Below, one piece after another: positions 12,719-28,699 of a stretch of 64,000 bases of DNA. Source of the stretch: the human T2T-CHM13v2.0 reference genome, Homo sapiens; assembly GCF_009914755.1 (NCBI RefSeq), contig NC_060948.1. One strand, written 5' to 3'. A model generated the notes under the pieces. It ran no database searches. It worked only from the letters and a program-made list of their open reading frames with translations, and was not told the DNA's origin. The position numbers were made by a program, and so were the translations under genes. Within the stretch, counting starts at the first letter, position 1. The number at the start of each line of letters is the position of its first letter.

Positions 12719-14623
12719 GCTGAGAACAAAATTCAGAATGCACTCTCATTCAGAATTGCCACACAAGAATAAAAGATCTAAGAATACATCTAACCAGGTA
12801 GGGGAAAAATTTCTACAATGAGAATTAAAAAACAATACTCAAAGAAACCAGAGAAGACAAAAATAAATGGAAAAACATTCTATGCTCATGGATTGGAAAA
12901 TACAACATTAATAAAATGGTCATACTGCCCAAAGCAATTTACAGATTCAGTGTTATTCCTACCAAACTACTTATGATATTTATCACAGAATTAGAAAAAA
13001 AAGTATTTTAATATTTATGTGAAACCAAAAAGAACATGAATAGCCAAGGCAATCCTAAGCAGAAAAGACAAAGCCAGAGGTATCACATTACCTGACATCA
13101 AAATACAGCACAGGGCTGCAGTAACCAAAAGAGCATGGTACTGGTACAAAAACAGACACAGAAACCAATGGAACAGAATATAGACCCCAGAAATAAAGCC
13201 ACACACCTACAACCATCTGATTTTTAACAAAGTTGAGAAAAACAAGCAACGGTAAAAGGACTTCAATATTCAATAAATGGTGCTGGGATAACTGGCTAAC
13301 CATGTGCAAAAAATTGAAATTGGATAAATTCCTGATGCCATATACTAAAGTCAACTCAAGATGGATTAAAAACTTAAATGGAAAACCTAAAACTATACAA
13401 ACCCTGAAAAATAACCTGGGAAATACCATTATGGATATAGGATCTGAAAAAAATTTTATGATAAAGATGCCAAAAGCAATTGTAACAAAAACAAAAGTTA
13501 ACAAATGGGACCTAATTAAACTAGAGAGCTTCTGCACAACAAAATAAACTATCAACAGAATAAACAGACAGTCTACATAATGGGAGAAAATATTTGCAAA
13601 CTATGCATGTGAAAAAGGTCTAATAACTAGAATCTATAAGAAACTTAAATTTAAAAGCAAAAAACAAACAGCTCCATTAAAAAGTGGACAAAGAACACAA
13701 ACAGCCCCTTTTTAAAAGACATACACACAACTAACAAGTATATAAAAAGAGGTTGACATCACCGATTATTAGAAAAATGCAAATCAAAACCACAATGAGA
13801 TAGCATATCACATTAGTCAGAATGGTTATTATCTAAAAGTCAAAAAATAACAGATGCTGACAAGGTTGTGGAGCAAAGGGAATGCTTATACACTGCTGAT
13901 GGCTATGTAAATTAGCTCAGTCTTTGTGGAAAGGAGTTTGGTGATCTCCCAAACACTATAAGTAGAATTACCATTTAACCTAGCAATTCCGTTATTAGGT
14001 ATATACTAAAAGGAATATAAATTGCTCTACCATAAAGACACAAAGACATATGCATGCATATATTCATCACAACACTATTCAAAATAGCAAAGAATGGAAT
14101 CAACCTAAATGCCCATCAATGGTAACTGGATAAAGATAATGTGGTACATCTACATCATGGAATACTATTAGGTTAGTACAAAAGTAATTGTGATGTTTGC
14201 CATTGAAAGTAATGGCAAAAACTGCAATTACTTTTGCACCAACGTAATATACACTCATAAAAAAGAATGAAATTATGTCCTTTGCAGCAACATGGATAGA
14301 GCTGGAGGACATTATCCTAAGTGAACTAAAACAGGAACAGAAAACCAAATACCACATGTTCTCACTCATAAGTGAGAACTAAATATTGAGTCCATATAGG
14401 CACAAAGAAGTGAACAGTAGGCACCAGGGACTACTAGAGGATGGAGGAAGAAAGCAAGGTGAGTAACAAAAAACTACATATCAGGTGATACCCTTATTAC
14501 CTGGGTGGCAAAATAATCTGCACAGCAAACCCTCATGACACGCAATTTCCCCATATAACAAAACTGCTCAAGTACTCCTTAACCTAAGTTACAAAAACAA
14601 ACAAACAAACAAACAAACAAAAA
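12719..14623 (+). mobile_element. L1PA15/16-like ORF2 3' part and 3' UTR with (AAAC)n tail
   Basis: ORF 13233-13547 ([11 protein letters not shown]...[12 protein letters not shown]). 3' UTR 'gggactactagagg...aaataatctg...gacacgcaattt'. Tail at about 14593-14623. Confidence 0.88.
14168..14247. mobile_element. MADE1 (Hsmar1-derived MITE)
   Basis: 80-bp near-palindrome ttaggttagtacaaaagtaattg...caattacttttgcaccaacgtaa, flanked by TA on both sides. Confidence 0.93.
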
Positions 14624-14624
14624 A

Positions 14625-14926
14625 CGCATTGGAAACTTAATCCTTATTGCAACAGTGATGGGAGGTGAGAACTAATGGAAGCTGTTTAGATCAAGAGAAC
14701 TCCACCTTCATGAATGCCTTATTGCTGATTATAAAAGGGCAAGTTTATATTTTGCTCTCTCCCATTATCTCTTTGCCCTTCCACCATAGAATGATGCAGT
14801 GAAAACACCATCAACAGATACTAACTCCTGTATCTTGGACTTCCTAATCTCTGAACTGTTTGGAAATAAATGTCTTCATATGTTATCCTGTGTGTTATAT
14901 TCTTATGGTAGCAAAAAACAAAGACA
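14625..14926 (+). mobile_element. MaLR LTR (MST-type) lacking its 5' terminus
   Basis: 'ggaaacttaatcc...gcaacagtg...ggaggtg', 'ccttccaccat', 'atcttggacttcc', 'aataaa', ending aagaca. Confidence 0.7.
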
Positions 14927-15349
14927 CAAGTCAATAATAGTTATTAGATAATCATCATTATAGTGTAACATTGTCTCACAGGTTCTATAATATTTCTATG
15001 GTTTGAATGTCTGTTTCTCTAAATGTTATGTTTAAATTTGATTCACAGTTTTGGAGGTGGGGTCTAATGGGAGCTGTTTTTGTCAAGGTGGCTGGTCCCA
15101 CGTGAATAGATTGCTGCCCTCCTTTGGGAATAAGTGAATTCCCCCTCCATTAGATTCTATGAGTTCTGGTTGTTGAAAAGAACCTGCCTCCCAACACTGC
15201 TTCTCTCTCACCCTGTGATCTGTGCACAATCTGGCCATCCTTCAACTTCCACCATAACTGGAAGCAATCTGAGGACATCAACCAATACAGATGCCCAATC
15301 TTGAACTTTATAGCCATTAGAATTGTAAGCCAAATAAATCTATTTTCTT

Positions 15350-15688
15350 GATATTATTTAAATTTTTGAATGTTTTAAGATTGGTTTTGTGACAACATAC
15401 GGTCTATCCTTGAGAATGATCAATGTGCTAAGGAAAAAAATGTGTTTTGTGCAGCTGTTGAATGAAATGTTATATAAATATATGTTAGGTAAATTTGGCG
15501 TATAGTGCAGATTAAGTTGGACGTTTCTTTGCTGATTTTCTGTCTGGGAGATCTATTCAAGGTTGATAATTAAGTGTTGAAGTTTCCAGATATTATCATA
15601 TCAGGATCCATCTCTCTGTTTAGCTCTAATAATATTTGCTTTATACATTCAGGTGCTTCAGTGTTCAATGTGTGTGTGTGTGTGTGTG

Positions 15689-15748
<60 letters not shown>

Positions 15749-16008
15749 AAATTGTTATATCCTATTACTGAATTGACACTTTTACTTTTATCATTATATT
15801 GTGATTTTCTTGGACTTGTCTTACACATTTTGTCTTGAAATCTATTTTGTCTGATATAATTACTCCTGCATCTTTGGTTTATATTGAAATAAAATATTTT
15901 TCCATTCTTTTATTTTTAGAGTATGTGTGTCTTAATAGATGAAGTGTGTTTGTTGTAGGCAACAGATCACGAAGTCTTGTTTTTTCATCTATTCAGCCAC
16001 AGTCTGTA
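15350..16008 (-). mobile_element. L1MA-like endonuclease-region fragment
   Basis: Antisense L1 ORF2 EN sequence, homologous to 20015-20610. Confidence 0.8.
15669..15745. repeat. Compound (TG)n(TA)n microsatellite
   Basis: About 10 TG units followed by about 26 TA units. Confidence 0.95.
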
Positions 16009-17270
16009 TTTTTTAATTTTTAAAAAAATTTTGTAGGTACATAGTATGTGTATATATTCATGGGGTACATGATGTGTTTTGATACAGGCATGCAATGTGA
16101 AATAAGCACGTCATGGAGAATGGGGTATGCATCCCCTCAAGCATTTATTCTTTCAGTTACAAAGAGTCCAATTATATTAAGTTATTTAAAAATATACAAT
16201 TAAGTTATTTTTGACTATAGTTACCTTGTCCTACAAAATACTAGGTCTTATTAATTCTTTCTACTTTTTTGTACTAATTAACCTCCCTCCTAACTCCCAA
16301 CTCTCCACTACCCTTCCCAGCCTCTGGTAAGCATTCTTATAATATCTCTGTGTACAAATTCAATTGTTTTCATTTTTAGATCCCACAAGTAAGTGAGAAC
16401 ATGTGATGTTTGTCTTTCTGTTCCTGGCTTATTTCACTTAACATAATGATCTCCCATTTCATCTACCTTGTTGCAAATGACTTAATCTTATTCCTTTTTG
16501 TGGATAAATATACTCTGTTGTGTATATGTACCACAATTTCTTCATCGATTCATCTGTTGATGGACACTTAGTTTGCTTTCAAGTCTTAGCTATTGTGAAT
16601 AGTACTGAAACAAACATAGAAGGGCAAATATCTCTTTTATACACTGATTTGCTATTTTCGCTTACATACCAAGCAGTAAGATGACTGGATCATATATTAG
16701 CTCAATTTTTAGTTTACTGAGAAACCTCTACACTGTTATCCATAGTGGTTGTACTAATTTACATTCCCATCAACAGTTTATAAAGACTCTCTTATCTCTA
16801 CATCCTCATCAGCATTTGTTATTGCCTGTATTTTTTATGTAATTCATTTTAACTGAGGTGAGATGTTATCTCAGTAGAGTTTTGATTTGCAATTATCTGA
16901 TAATCAATGATGTTGAGCACCTTCTCATGTGCCTGCTTGTGATTTGTATGTCTTCTTTCATGAAATTTCTAGTCAAATCTTTTGCCCATTTTTTTTATCA
17001 GATTATTAGAGTATTTAATATAGAGTTGTTTGAGCTCCTCATATATTCTGGTTCGTAATCTGTTGTCAAATGGGTAGTGTACAAATATTTTCTCACATTC
17101 TATGGGTTGTCTCTTTACTTTCTTGATTGTATCACTTACGTGCAGAAGCTTTCTAACTTGTTGTGATGCCATTTGTCTATTTTTCCTTTGGCTATCTGTG
17201 CTTATAGAGTATTACTGAAGAAATTTTTGCCCTAAACAATGTCCTGGAAAATTTTCCTGGTAGTTTTCTT

Positions 17271-17811
<541 letters not shown>

Positions 17812-17898
17812 TCCTGATAGTTTTCTTGTAGCAGTTATGTAGTTTGAGATCATAGATTTAAGTCTTTAATTCATTTTGGTTTGATTTTGTATATGGTG

Positions 17899-18277
17899 TG
17901 TATTATTCCATTCTCATACTGCTATGAAGAACTACCTGGGACTGGGTAATTTATAAAGGGAAGAGGTTTAATTGACTCAGTTCCGCATGGCCAGGGAGGC
18001 CTCAGGAAACTTACAATCATGGTAGAAGGCAAAGGAGAAGCAGGCACCTTCTTTACAGGGTGGCAGGATGGAGTGAGTACAAGCAAGGGAAATGCCAGAT
18101 GCTTATAAAACCATCAGACATGGTGAAACTCTCTATGATGAGAACAGCATGGGGGATAATGCCTCCATGATCTGATTACCTCCACCTGATCCTGCCCTTC
18201 ACACTTGGTGATTACACAGATTATGGGGATTAAATTTAAGGTGAGATTTTGGGTGAGGACATAACCAAACCACATCA
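17899..18277 (-). mobile_element. THE1 (THE1D-like) solo LTR
   Basis: tgtatta...'gactgggtaatttataaag'...'ggcctcaggaaacttacaatcatgg'...ccacatca. TSD tggtg/ttgtg. Confidence 0.9.
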
Positions 18278-21200
18278 TTGTGAGAGATAGTTAACCAGTT
18301 TTATTATTCTGTATAAGGATATCTAGTTTTCCCAGCATCATTTATTGAAGGACTGTCTTTCCCTCAGCATATGTTCTTGGTATCACTGTCAAAAATGGTT
18401 TTACTGTAGGTGTGTGGATTTGTGTCTGTTTCATTGGTTTAAGTGTCTGGTCTGAGTTCCAGCACCATACTATTTTAGTTACTATAGTTCTGTATTATAA
18501 TTTGACATCAGATAATGTGATTATTCCATTTTTGTTCATTTTCTTCAGCATACCTTTGGCTATCCTGGGTCTTTTGTGGCTTCATATACATTTTAGAATT
18601 AGTTTTTGCTAGTTCTGTGAAAAATGAATTTGTATTTTGATACAGGCTCTATTGCATCTGCAGATAGCTTTGGTAGTGCGTACATTTTAACAATGTTGAT
18701 TCTTCCAATCCATGAACATGGAATAATTTTCCATTTTATGGTGTCCTCCTTAATTTTTTATCAGTGTTTTATAGTTTTTGATATAGGAATCTTTCACTTC
18801 TTTGGTTAATTTCTAGGTATTTATGTGTGGCTGTTGTAAATGGGATTTCTTGTTTTGTTATTTTTTTTCACATTGTTAACTACTGGCATATAGAAATGTT
18901 ATTCATTTTTTCTACATTGATTTTGTATCCTGTAACTTTACTGAATTTGTTTATCACTTCTAATAATAGTTTCCTTGTGGAGTCTTTAGATTTTTCCAAA
19001 TACAAGATCATATAATCTGCAAATAAGGGCATTTTGACCCTTTCCTTTCAATTTGAATGCCCTTTATATCTTTCTCTTGTCTGATTGCTCTAGCTGGGAC
19101 TTTCAGTACTATCTTAAATAACAATGGTGGCAGTGTACGTCCCTGTTGTGCTCCAGATCTTAGAGAAAACCCTTTCAGTTTTTACGCGTTCAGTTTTTAC
19201 GCATTCAGTATTATATTAGCCATGGCACTGTCATAATGGATTTTATTATGCTGAGGTATATTCCTTAAATTTCCACCATTTGAAGGTTTTTATTATGAAG
19301 ATATGTTGAATTTTATCAAATGCTTTTTCCACATCAATTGAAATAATCATATAATTTTTTCCTTTATTCTGTTGATATGATGCATCATATTGGTTGATTT
19401 GTATATGTTTAAACATCTTTGCATCCCAGGGATAAATCCCACCTGGTCATGATGAATAAACTTTCTTAGGTATTATTGAATTCAGTTTGCTAGTATTTCA
19501 TTAAGAAATTTTGCAACAATATTCATCAGAAATATTGCCCAGTGCTTTTCTTTAATTAAGGTGTCTTTTTATAGTTTGGGTATCAGGGTAATACTGGCCT
19601 CATAGAATAAGTTTGGTCTTGCCCTCTATTTTTTAAAATAGTTTGAACAGAATTGATATGAGTTTTTCTTTATATTTTTGTTAGAATTCAGTAGTGAAAC
19701 CATCAGGCCTTGGGCTTTTCTTTACTGTGAGACATTTCATTATGTATTTGATCTCATTATTTGTTAATGGACTGTTCAGGTTTTGGATTTCTTTCTGGTT
19801 AAATCTTGGTAAGTTGCATGTATCTAGCAATTTGTCCCTTTCTTTGAGATTTTCCAATTGTTTCCAATTTGTTTTAAGAATTCTTTTAACTTTCTTTTTT
19901 CATTGAACTGCTGGTCACTTAGGAGCATATTGTTTAAATTTCATGTATTGGCATAGTTTCAAAAATTTCTCGTTATAAATTTCTAGTTTTATTCCATTGT
20001 TGCCAGAGAAGATGCTTGATATTATTTCAAATATTTGAATATTTTAAGACTTGCTTTGTGACCTAACATATTGTTTATCCTTGAGAGTCATCCATGTGTT
20101 GAAGAAAAGCATGTGTATTCTGCAGCTGTTATGTAAAATGCCGTGTAAACATCTATTATATCCATTTGTTCTATAGTACAGATTAATTCTGATTTTTTTT
20201 ATTGATTTTCTGTCTAGAAGATCTGTCCGGTGCTGAAAGTGGGGGTGTCAAAGTCTCCAGCTATTATTGTACTGGAGCCGATCTCTTTCTTTAGCTCTAA
20301 TAATATTTTCTGTGTACCAGGGTGTTCCCGTGTTGGGTGACTACATATTTAAAATTGTTATATCCTCTTACCAAATTGACCCCTTTATCATTATATAGTG
20401 ACCTACTTTGTCTATTCTTATAGTTTTTGTCTTGATATCTATTTTTTTTCTAATATAAGTATAGCAACTCCTGCTTTTTTGGGGTTTGCATTGGCATGGA
20501 ATACAGTTTTCCATTTTTTAATTTTCAGATTATGTGTGTCTATATAGGTGAAATGTACTCCATTTACACAACAGATAAATGGATCTTGTTTCTTCATCCA
20601 TTTAGCCAGTCTATATCTTTTGATTAGAGTGTTTAGTCCATTTACATTAAATGTTATTATTGATAAGTAAAGACTTACTCCTGCCATTTTGTTATGTATT
20701 TTCTGGTTGTTTTGTGGTCTATCTTTTCTCCTTTTATTCTTTCCTGTCTTTCTCTAGTGAAGATGATTTCCTCTGATGATATAATTTAGTTTCTTGTTTT
20801 TTATTATTTATGTATTCATTGTATGTTTTTTGGTTTGAGGTTACCATGAAACTTGCAAATACTGTCTTATAGCCCATTATTTTAACCTAAAAACAGCTTA
20901 ATATTTGCATAGAGAAACAAAAAACAAGCAAAACAATAACTAATAAAAACTTGCCTTAACTTTTTCCTTCACTTTTAAATTTTTGTATTTTCTATTTATA
21001 TTTTATTGTACTATGTCTTGAAAAGTTGTTTTAGGTATTTTTGTTTGGTTCTTTATTTAGTCTTTCTACATATAATAAGAGTAGTTTACACACCACAGTT
21101 ACAGTAGTTACAGTTTTACAATATTATATGTTTTTCTATGTAGTTGATACTACCAGTAACTTTTGTGCCATCAGATGATTATTTATTGCTCATTAATGTT

Positions 21201-24200
21201 TTTTATTCATTTAGTTGAAGTACTCTTCTGAGTATTTCTTGTAATATGGGTCTTGTATTGATTAAATTCTTCATCTTGTATTTGTCTGCGAAAATTATTA
21301 TTTCTTTTTCATGTTTGAAGTTTACTTCACCAGATATACTATTCTAGGGGATACGTTTTTTTCCTTCAGCATTTTAAATATGTCATGCCATTCTTTCCTG
21401 GCCTGTAAGGTTTCTACTGTAAAGCATACTTCCAGATGTATTGGAGCTCCATTGTATGTTATTTGTTGCTTTTCTCTGGCTGCTTTAAGACCCTTTTTTT
21501 CCTTGACCTTTAGGAGTTAGAGTATTAAAAGCTTTGAGATTAGTCTTCTTTGGGTTATATCTGCTTGGGGTTGTATAACCTTCTTGTACTTGGATATTGA
21601 TATATTTCTCTACATTTGAGATGTTGTATTTTATTATCACTTTGAATAAACTTTCTATCCCTATCCTTTTTCTACCTCCTCTTTAAGTCCAGTAGCTCTT
21701 ATATTTACCCTTTTGAGGCTATTTTCTAGATCCTGTCGGTGTGCTTCATTGTTTCTTCATTTTTCTTTTTTCTCCTCTGAATGTGTATTTTCAAATAGCT
21801 TGTCTTCAAAGTCACTAATTTTTTCTTCTTCTTGATCAATTCTGCTATTAAAGACTCTGATGCACTCTTCATTATGTCAATTGCATTATTTAACTTCTCC
21901 AGAATTTATGCCTGATTCTTTGCAATTATTTTAGTCAGCTTTTTAAATTTATCTGATAGAATTCTGCATTTCTGCCCTCCGTTATGTTGAATTACTTTGA
22001 GTACTTTGTGTTCCCTCAAAACAGCTATTTTGAATTCTCTGTCTGAAAGGTCACATATTTCTATTTTCCCCAAATTCATTTCTGGTGCCTTATTTAGCTT
22101 ATTCTGTGAGATCATATAGTCCTGAATAATCTGGATGCTTGTGGATGTTTATCTGTGTCTGGCTATTTAAGAGATAGGTATTTATTTTCATCTTCACACT
22201 CTGTGCTTAGTTGTACCCAACATTCTTGGGAAAGCTCTCAACATATTCAAAAATACTTGATTGTTGTAATCTTAGCTGCATGTGCATTAGGGGGAAACCC
22301 AAATCCAGTAAAGCTGTGGTTCTTGCAGACTTATTGAAGTACCACCTGAAGGTCTTAGATGAAATTCTTAAGAATTATCTGGATTATGAGGCAGAGACTC
22401 TTGTTCTCTTCCCTTATATTCTCCCAAATAAATGAAGTCTCTCTCTCTCTCTCTGTCTCTCCATTCTGAGCTACCTGGATCTGGTGGTAGGGTGTTACAA
22501 GCACCCCTATGAGCACCACAACTGAGACTGTGCTGGGTTAGACCCAAAGCCAACACAGCACTGGGTCTTGCCCAAGGCCTGCTATAACCATGACCTGGCT
22601 ACGGCCTATGTTCACTCAAGGCTCTACAATCAGCAGCTGGTGAAGCCACCAGACTTGTATTCTTATCTTCAGGGCAGTGAATTTCCCAATGCCATGGTGG
22701 TTCCAGAGATGACATCTGGAAACCAGGGACTATAGTTAAAAAAAAAACAAAAACAAAAAAACAAAAAAAAAACCTTAGAAATCTACATGGTGTTGTGTTG
22801 CAGAGTGGCTGAGTTGGCACTCAAACCATGAGATACAGTTCTTTTCTCTCTTCCCTCCCCTTTCCACAGGCAGAGGAGCCTCACCCCATATCTATTCCCA
22901 CCATAGGCCTATGGGGATTACTGCCAGGATACCACCAATATTCGCTTTAAGCCCAAGGGCTCTTCAGCAAGATTGAGGTAAATGTTGCCTGGCCTATGAC
23001 TCACCTTTCAGGGAAGTGGGCTCCTCTCTGGCCCAGAGCAGGCTTTGTGATGCCATCCAAGAGGCAAGTCCTGAAATCAGGGATCCAAAGGCCTCACTTG
23101 TGTGCTATCCCTTTGTGGCCTAGCTGAAATCTAAGGTGTGAGACAAAATTTTCTTTACTTTCCCCTATGTTTTTTTTAAGCAGATGAAGTCTCTTCCAAT
23201 AGCCACTATAGCTGGGAATGTGCTGTAGCAGAAGCAAGGAATCACCAAAAGTAAAAGTCTCAAAGTCTTACCCAAGGACCATGGCATGTACCACCTGGGT
23301 ATCACTGCTTGTTATTCAGTGCCCATTAACTCTTTAGTCAGCAGGTGATGGGCCTTTCCCTTCAAGGCAGTGGGTTTCCTTTTGGCCCAGGGTGTGTGTA
23401 GAAATGTTGTCTAGGATCTGTCACCTGAAAATGGGGCCTCACAACACTGACCGGTTCCCTATTTTACTGTTGCTTAGCTGGTATTCAAGAGGCAAGAAAA
23501 AGTCCTCTTACCCTTCTCTCTCCTCAAGCAAAATAAAGGGGTTTCTTTTGAGGTCATGAGCTGCACTTCATGAGTTGGGCATGGATGACACAACTGCTCT
23601 GTTAGCAACCCCAGCTGGTATCTCAGTAGGTCACTTGCTCCCCAAATCTACTGGCTCTGAGCCTAGTTCAGCACTAGGACTCACCTAGGACTTGCAGTCC
23701 TTATGGCCTAGACTGTCCTTCAAATTCACATAGGGCCCCAGAGCAGCTTAGCTCGAGGTGGTGAGGCTTGTCAAATTTCAAGTGTCAATTACTTCAAATG
23801 GAAAATTACTCTCAGAGTAGGGTTGGTTTAAGTATTCCAGCCATGTTTTGGCATCAGCTGAGTTCAGGTGGGTTTTGCTTTCTGCTCTGACAAGGCAGCA
23901 CTGAGTTCAAAGCAGTGTCTCACAATTGCTGCACTCTCACTCTCCCAAGCACAGAGATTCTGTCTCTGCACCATGCAGCTGTTGTTGCAGGATGGGACGG
24001 TGGTGACATTTGTGATTCAGCACTTCTTTTCTAACCTTCTCAGTGCCTCTTTTAGTGATATGAAGTTAAAACCAGGTACTTTATGTGCTCACCTGTTTTG
24101 TGGTTCTTATGAAGGTGCTTCTTTTTGTGTGTAGATAGTTGTTAAATTTGCGTCCTTGTTGGAGGGATGATCAGTGGAGCCTTCTATTTGGCCATGTTGC

Positions 24201-26689
24201 TCTGCCTTTCTCCAAACCTTTCTTCTTTATAAATTACTCAAGCCTCAGGTGTTTCTTTATGGCAATACTATGCAGACTAAGACAAAATAATCCACATTTA
24301 TTACACTATTTAATTTCTTTTCTGTTTACTTTACTAAAATTATTACAGGTGTTTTTTTTAATGGTTTTACCCTTTTATATACCCTTCAGCAAATTTCTCT
24401 AGTATTTTATTGAATGCAAGATTGATCCCTAAGAGTATGTGATTTTTTTATACCTCTTTCTTCTTATATTGCATCTCACAACTGCTCAAATCAGTAATCC
24501 TTCTGACAAACTTTGCCGTAAAATGTATGTATTCTCAATCGCAACAATAAAACATAGCTTTGGAAAGTATTTGGCAACACACTGAGAAGGGTTTTCACAA
24601 ACATGACTAGTTAAGAGTCTATGTCTTATGGAATTCAACATAGTCTTTTCATTGTAGAGGTCCTGTGTTTACCGAGGTATCTAAGAGCACCAAATGTGCT
24701 ATTTTCCATTTTGTGTGCCTGGTCAGTCATAGAAGCATAACCATGTTAAAAAGATTAGAAACTTTGGAATGTCTCTGAGAGTACTTGAGGATAAACCATA
24801 AATAGAAGGCTTTTTACCTGGATACAGTTACCTAGATAATCCCAGGGAAAAGAGCTCATTCTAAATTCATAGAAAAAATGTAGTTTTATATAACTATGCT
24901 TGTCAGCACACTAATTTCTCTTGTCAAATTCAGCAAGATTGCCCCTTATAGCAGCTGTAGCTACCTGGCATTAGTATGCCTATGATTTGGAAAATTATTT
25001 TCCCTGAATATTTTTCCTGGCTTACTCAAATGAAAGACTTGTGAGTGAAGTAACAAATTATTAATGCTACATGCCATAAAGTAAAACATATTCTTTTTCA
25101 GATCTCGATTTATTAATCAAGAATAAATGAATGCATCTGAATTATTTTTAAAAACCTAAAATTATACAGATTGTACTCAAATTGAGTATTTTCAATATTC
25201 TATTCAAAATATAATGAAAGGCATCACTCTTCACATTAACCTATACATTTATGAGGAAGCAGTCAGGTTCTCATATGAAATATTTAACATTGTATCTTGT
25301 ATGAATTAAAATGAAAAGTATGTCTTATATATTAGAAATTTTGCATCAAGTTCAGACTGGAGAGTCAGCTGCTTTGGCCTTATAAGATAGACCTCAAGGG
25401 GTCAGATTCCAAAGCTTGTCATTCTCTACTACCTCAGCCAAGCTTCAGTCAGTGTTGCTATAACTATGTGATAGCGTTCCATATTAAGCACTATTTATTA
25501 CCTCTTGTTGATTCTCAATGACTGCTTGAAAACTGGCCTTCTTTAAGTGTTACACATAAAAAATTGAGATTTTGATTTAATCTATAATGCTTATGAGAGC
25601 GTACCAGGCTTGTGCCATGCTAAATTAGGCTGTAAAAATCTAGGGTTAGAGGTAACCCACTTTTATAATATCCAGTATTTATTTTGCTCTAGACCCTCAG
25701 TCTATAAAAATGTATATTCCAAATGCATTTTAATTGAGTTTGTACTGTTATTGGTTAATTACTTAATTTGTTTTAGTTTCAAAATTAGTTGAATCCCACT
25801 ATACCAAAGATAAAGACAAAATTGGGATTATAAACTTCTTGTTTTATAGTAAAATAATGGGTTGCTGTGGAGATTAAATTATTTGGGGCATGCAAATCAT
25901 AGTGCTTTACAAACAGTAATGGTGGCTGGTGCACTTCTAAATATAATTCGCTCGTCTACATTTATACAAAACTGTTCTGCCTTGCTTTAAAAGTTCTACC
26001 ATAGGTGCCTTAAAATACATGCTTATACTGTTTCTTCCAGGATAGAAAACCCATTTCGGTAAGGGTTCTATGTCTGTTGTCTTACTTTTTTTTTTTCCAA
26101 ATTTGTAAACAATTCTTTCTTTCACAACCAGTTCTGAAACCCACAAAAGTCTTACAATGTCATTCAAGATGAGAAAATATCTTGGAATGGACAGGCTCAC
26201 TTCTATACTTGAAGAAGTTGTTGGAGTACCTGTAGGCAGAGTCTTCCACTACTCTGACTGATAGACAAGTTTGCACTCCATCATGTATGTTCTAAGTACT
26301 CAGCCTCTCTAGAGGTTTTCAATCCCAATTATTACTTTTTCTACTAGATAAGAGAGTTTTTGAGAGAGACACTGGGTTGACGACAGGGAATTGATTGAAA
26401 GTATGAATATTAATGAGTAAATTTCCCATTCAATCAATCTATCCTAAAAAGTAAGTACTGCCTCCACATCTGGAAGTGCTAGCTTCCAAATATAATACAT
26501 TGTTCCAGTTAAAGAAAACTGAGCTATCTTAGAGTGAAATTTTCTGAGTTCTTGCATTTAAACATTCATCAACATAATGACCAAATCTCTAATCAAAGGT
26601 CTCCCTAAGCTTACATGTAAGCAAGCTCGATTGACTTATACAGAGCTTCTTAACAGTTTTTAGTTCCTCATTCTTAACTGTGAACATAT

Positions 26690-28185
<1,496 letters not shown>

Positions 28186-28201
28186 ACAAGCCATATGTTT
28201 C

Positions 28202-28678
28202 TGTCAAGAACTGTAAAGGGTCTGAAATTTTACTCAAACTTGTTAGGTGAGCACAATTTTGGGCCAGCTGAATGGGAAGAAGACTTGAGACTCCTAGATC
28301 AGCAACCAAGAACAGTTTATTATTCACAACAACAATAGTAGTTAGAGTGTCACCATTTTTTGCACTGCTTTCTTGAGCCCCAGTTCTCACAGGGTGATGC
28401 AATAGAAAGCCAGTTAATATCTCCTCTTACAGGAGAGAAATCTTGAGTTTATGAAACTAACACCTTTTATAATGGGTTCTCTATATGTCTTCCTTTTGCT
28501 CCGGAGGGAAACAGTCTCAATCTTTCAAGGCTGTTCTCTACACACATCCTTGAAATGTTAGTTTGGAAAAAGGGACACTTAGTACCTCATTCACAAGACA
28601 TGCAGAAACTCAAAAGGTAGTACCTCATTCACAAGACATGCAGAAACTCAAAAGATCTACTGAAAATTATCTCCCAAA
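28202..28678 (-). mobile_element. Solo LTR (LTR47-like)
   Basis: tgtcaagaactgt..aagggtctga...'cttttgctccggaggga'...'cacaagacatgcagaaa'...atctcccaa. The family name is uncertain. Confidence 0.6.
28580..28654. repeat. Perfect 37-bp tandem duplication
   Basis: tagtacctcattcacaagacatgcagaaactcaaaag occurs at 28580-28616 and 28618-28654. Confidence 0.95.
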
Positions 28679-28699
28679 ATTACTATCTAAATTTAATAA

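Noticed and set aside
22590-23560. Repeated ~300-bp modules
   Set aside because: These are internal subrepeats of the L1M1-type 5' UTR. The same pattern appears in the second copy at about 41200-42130.
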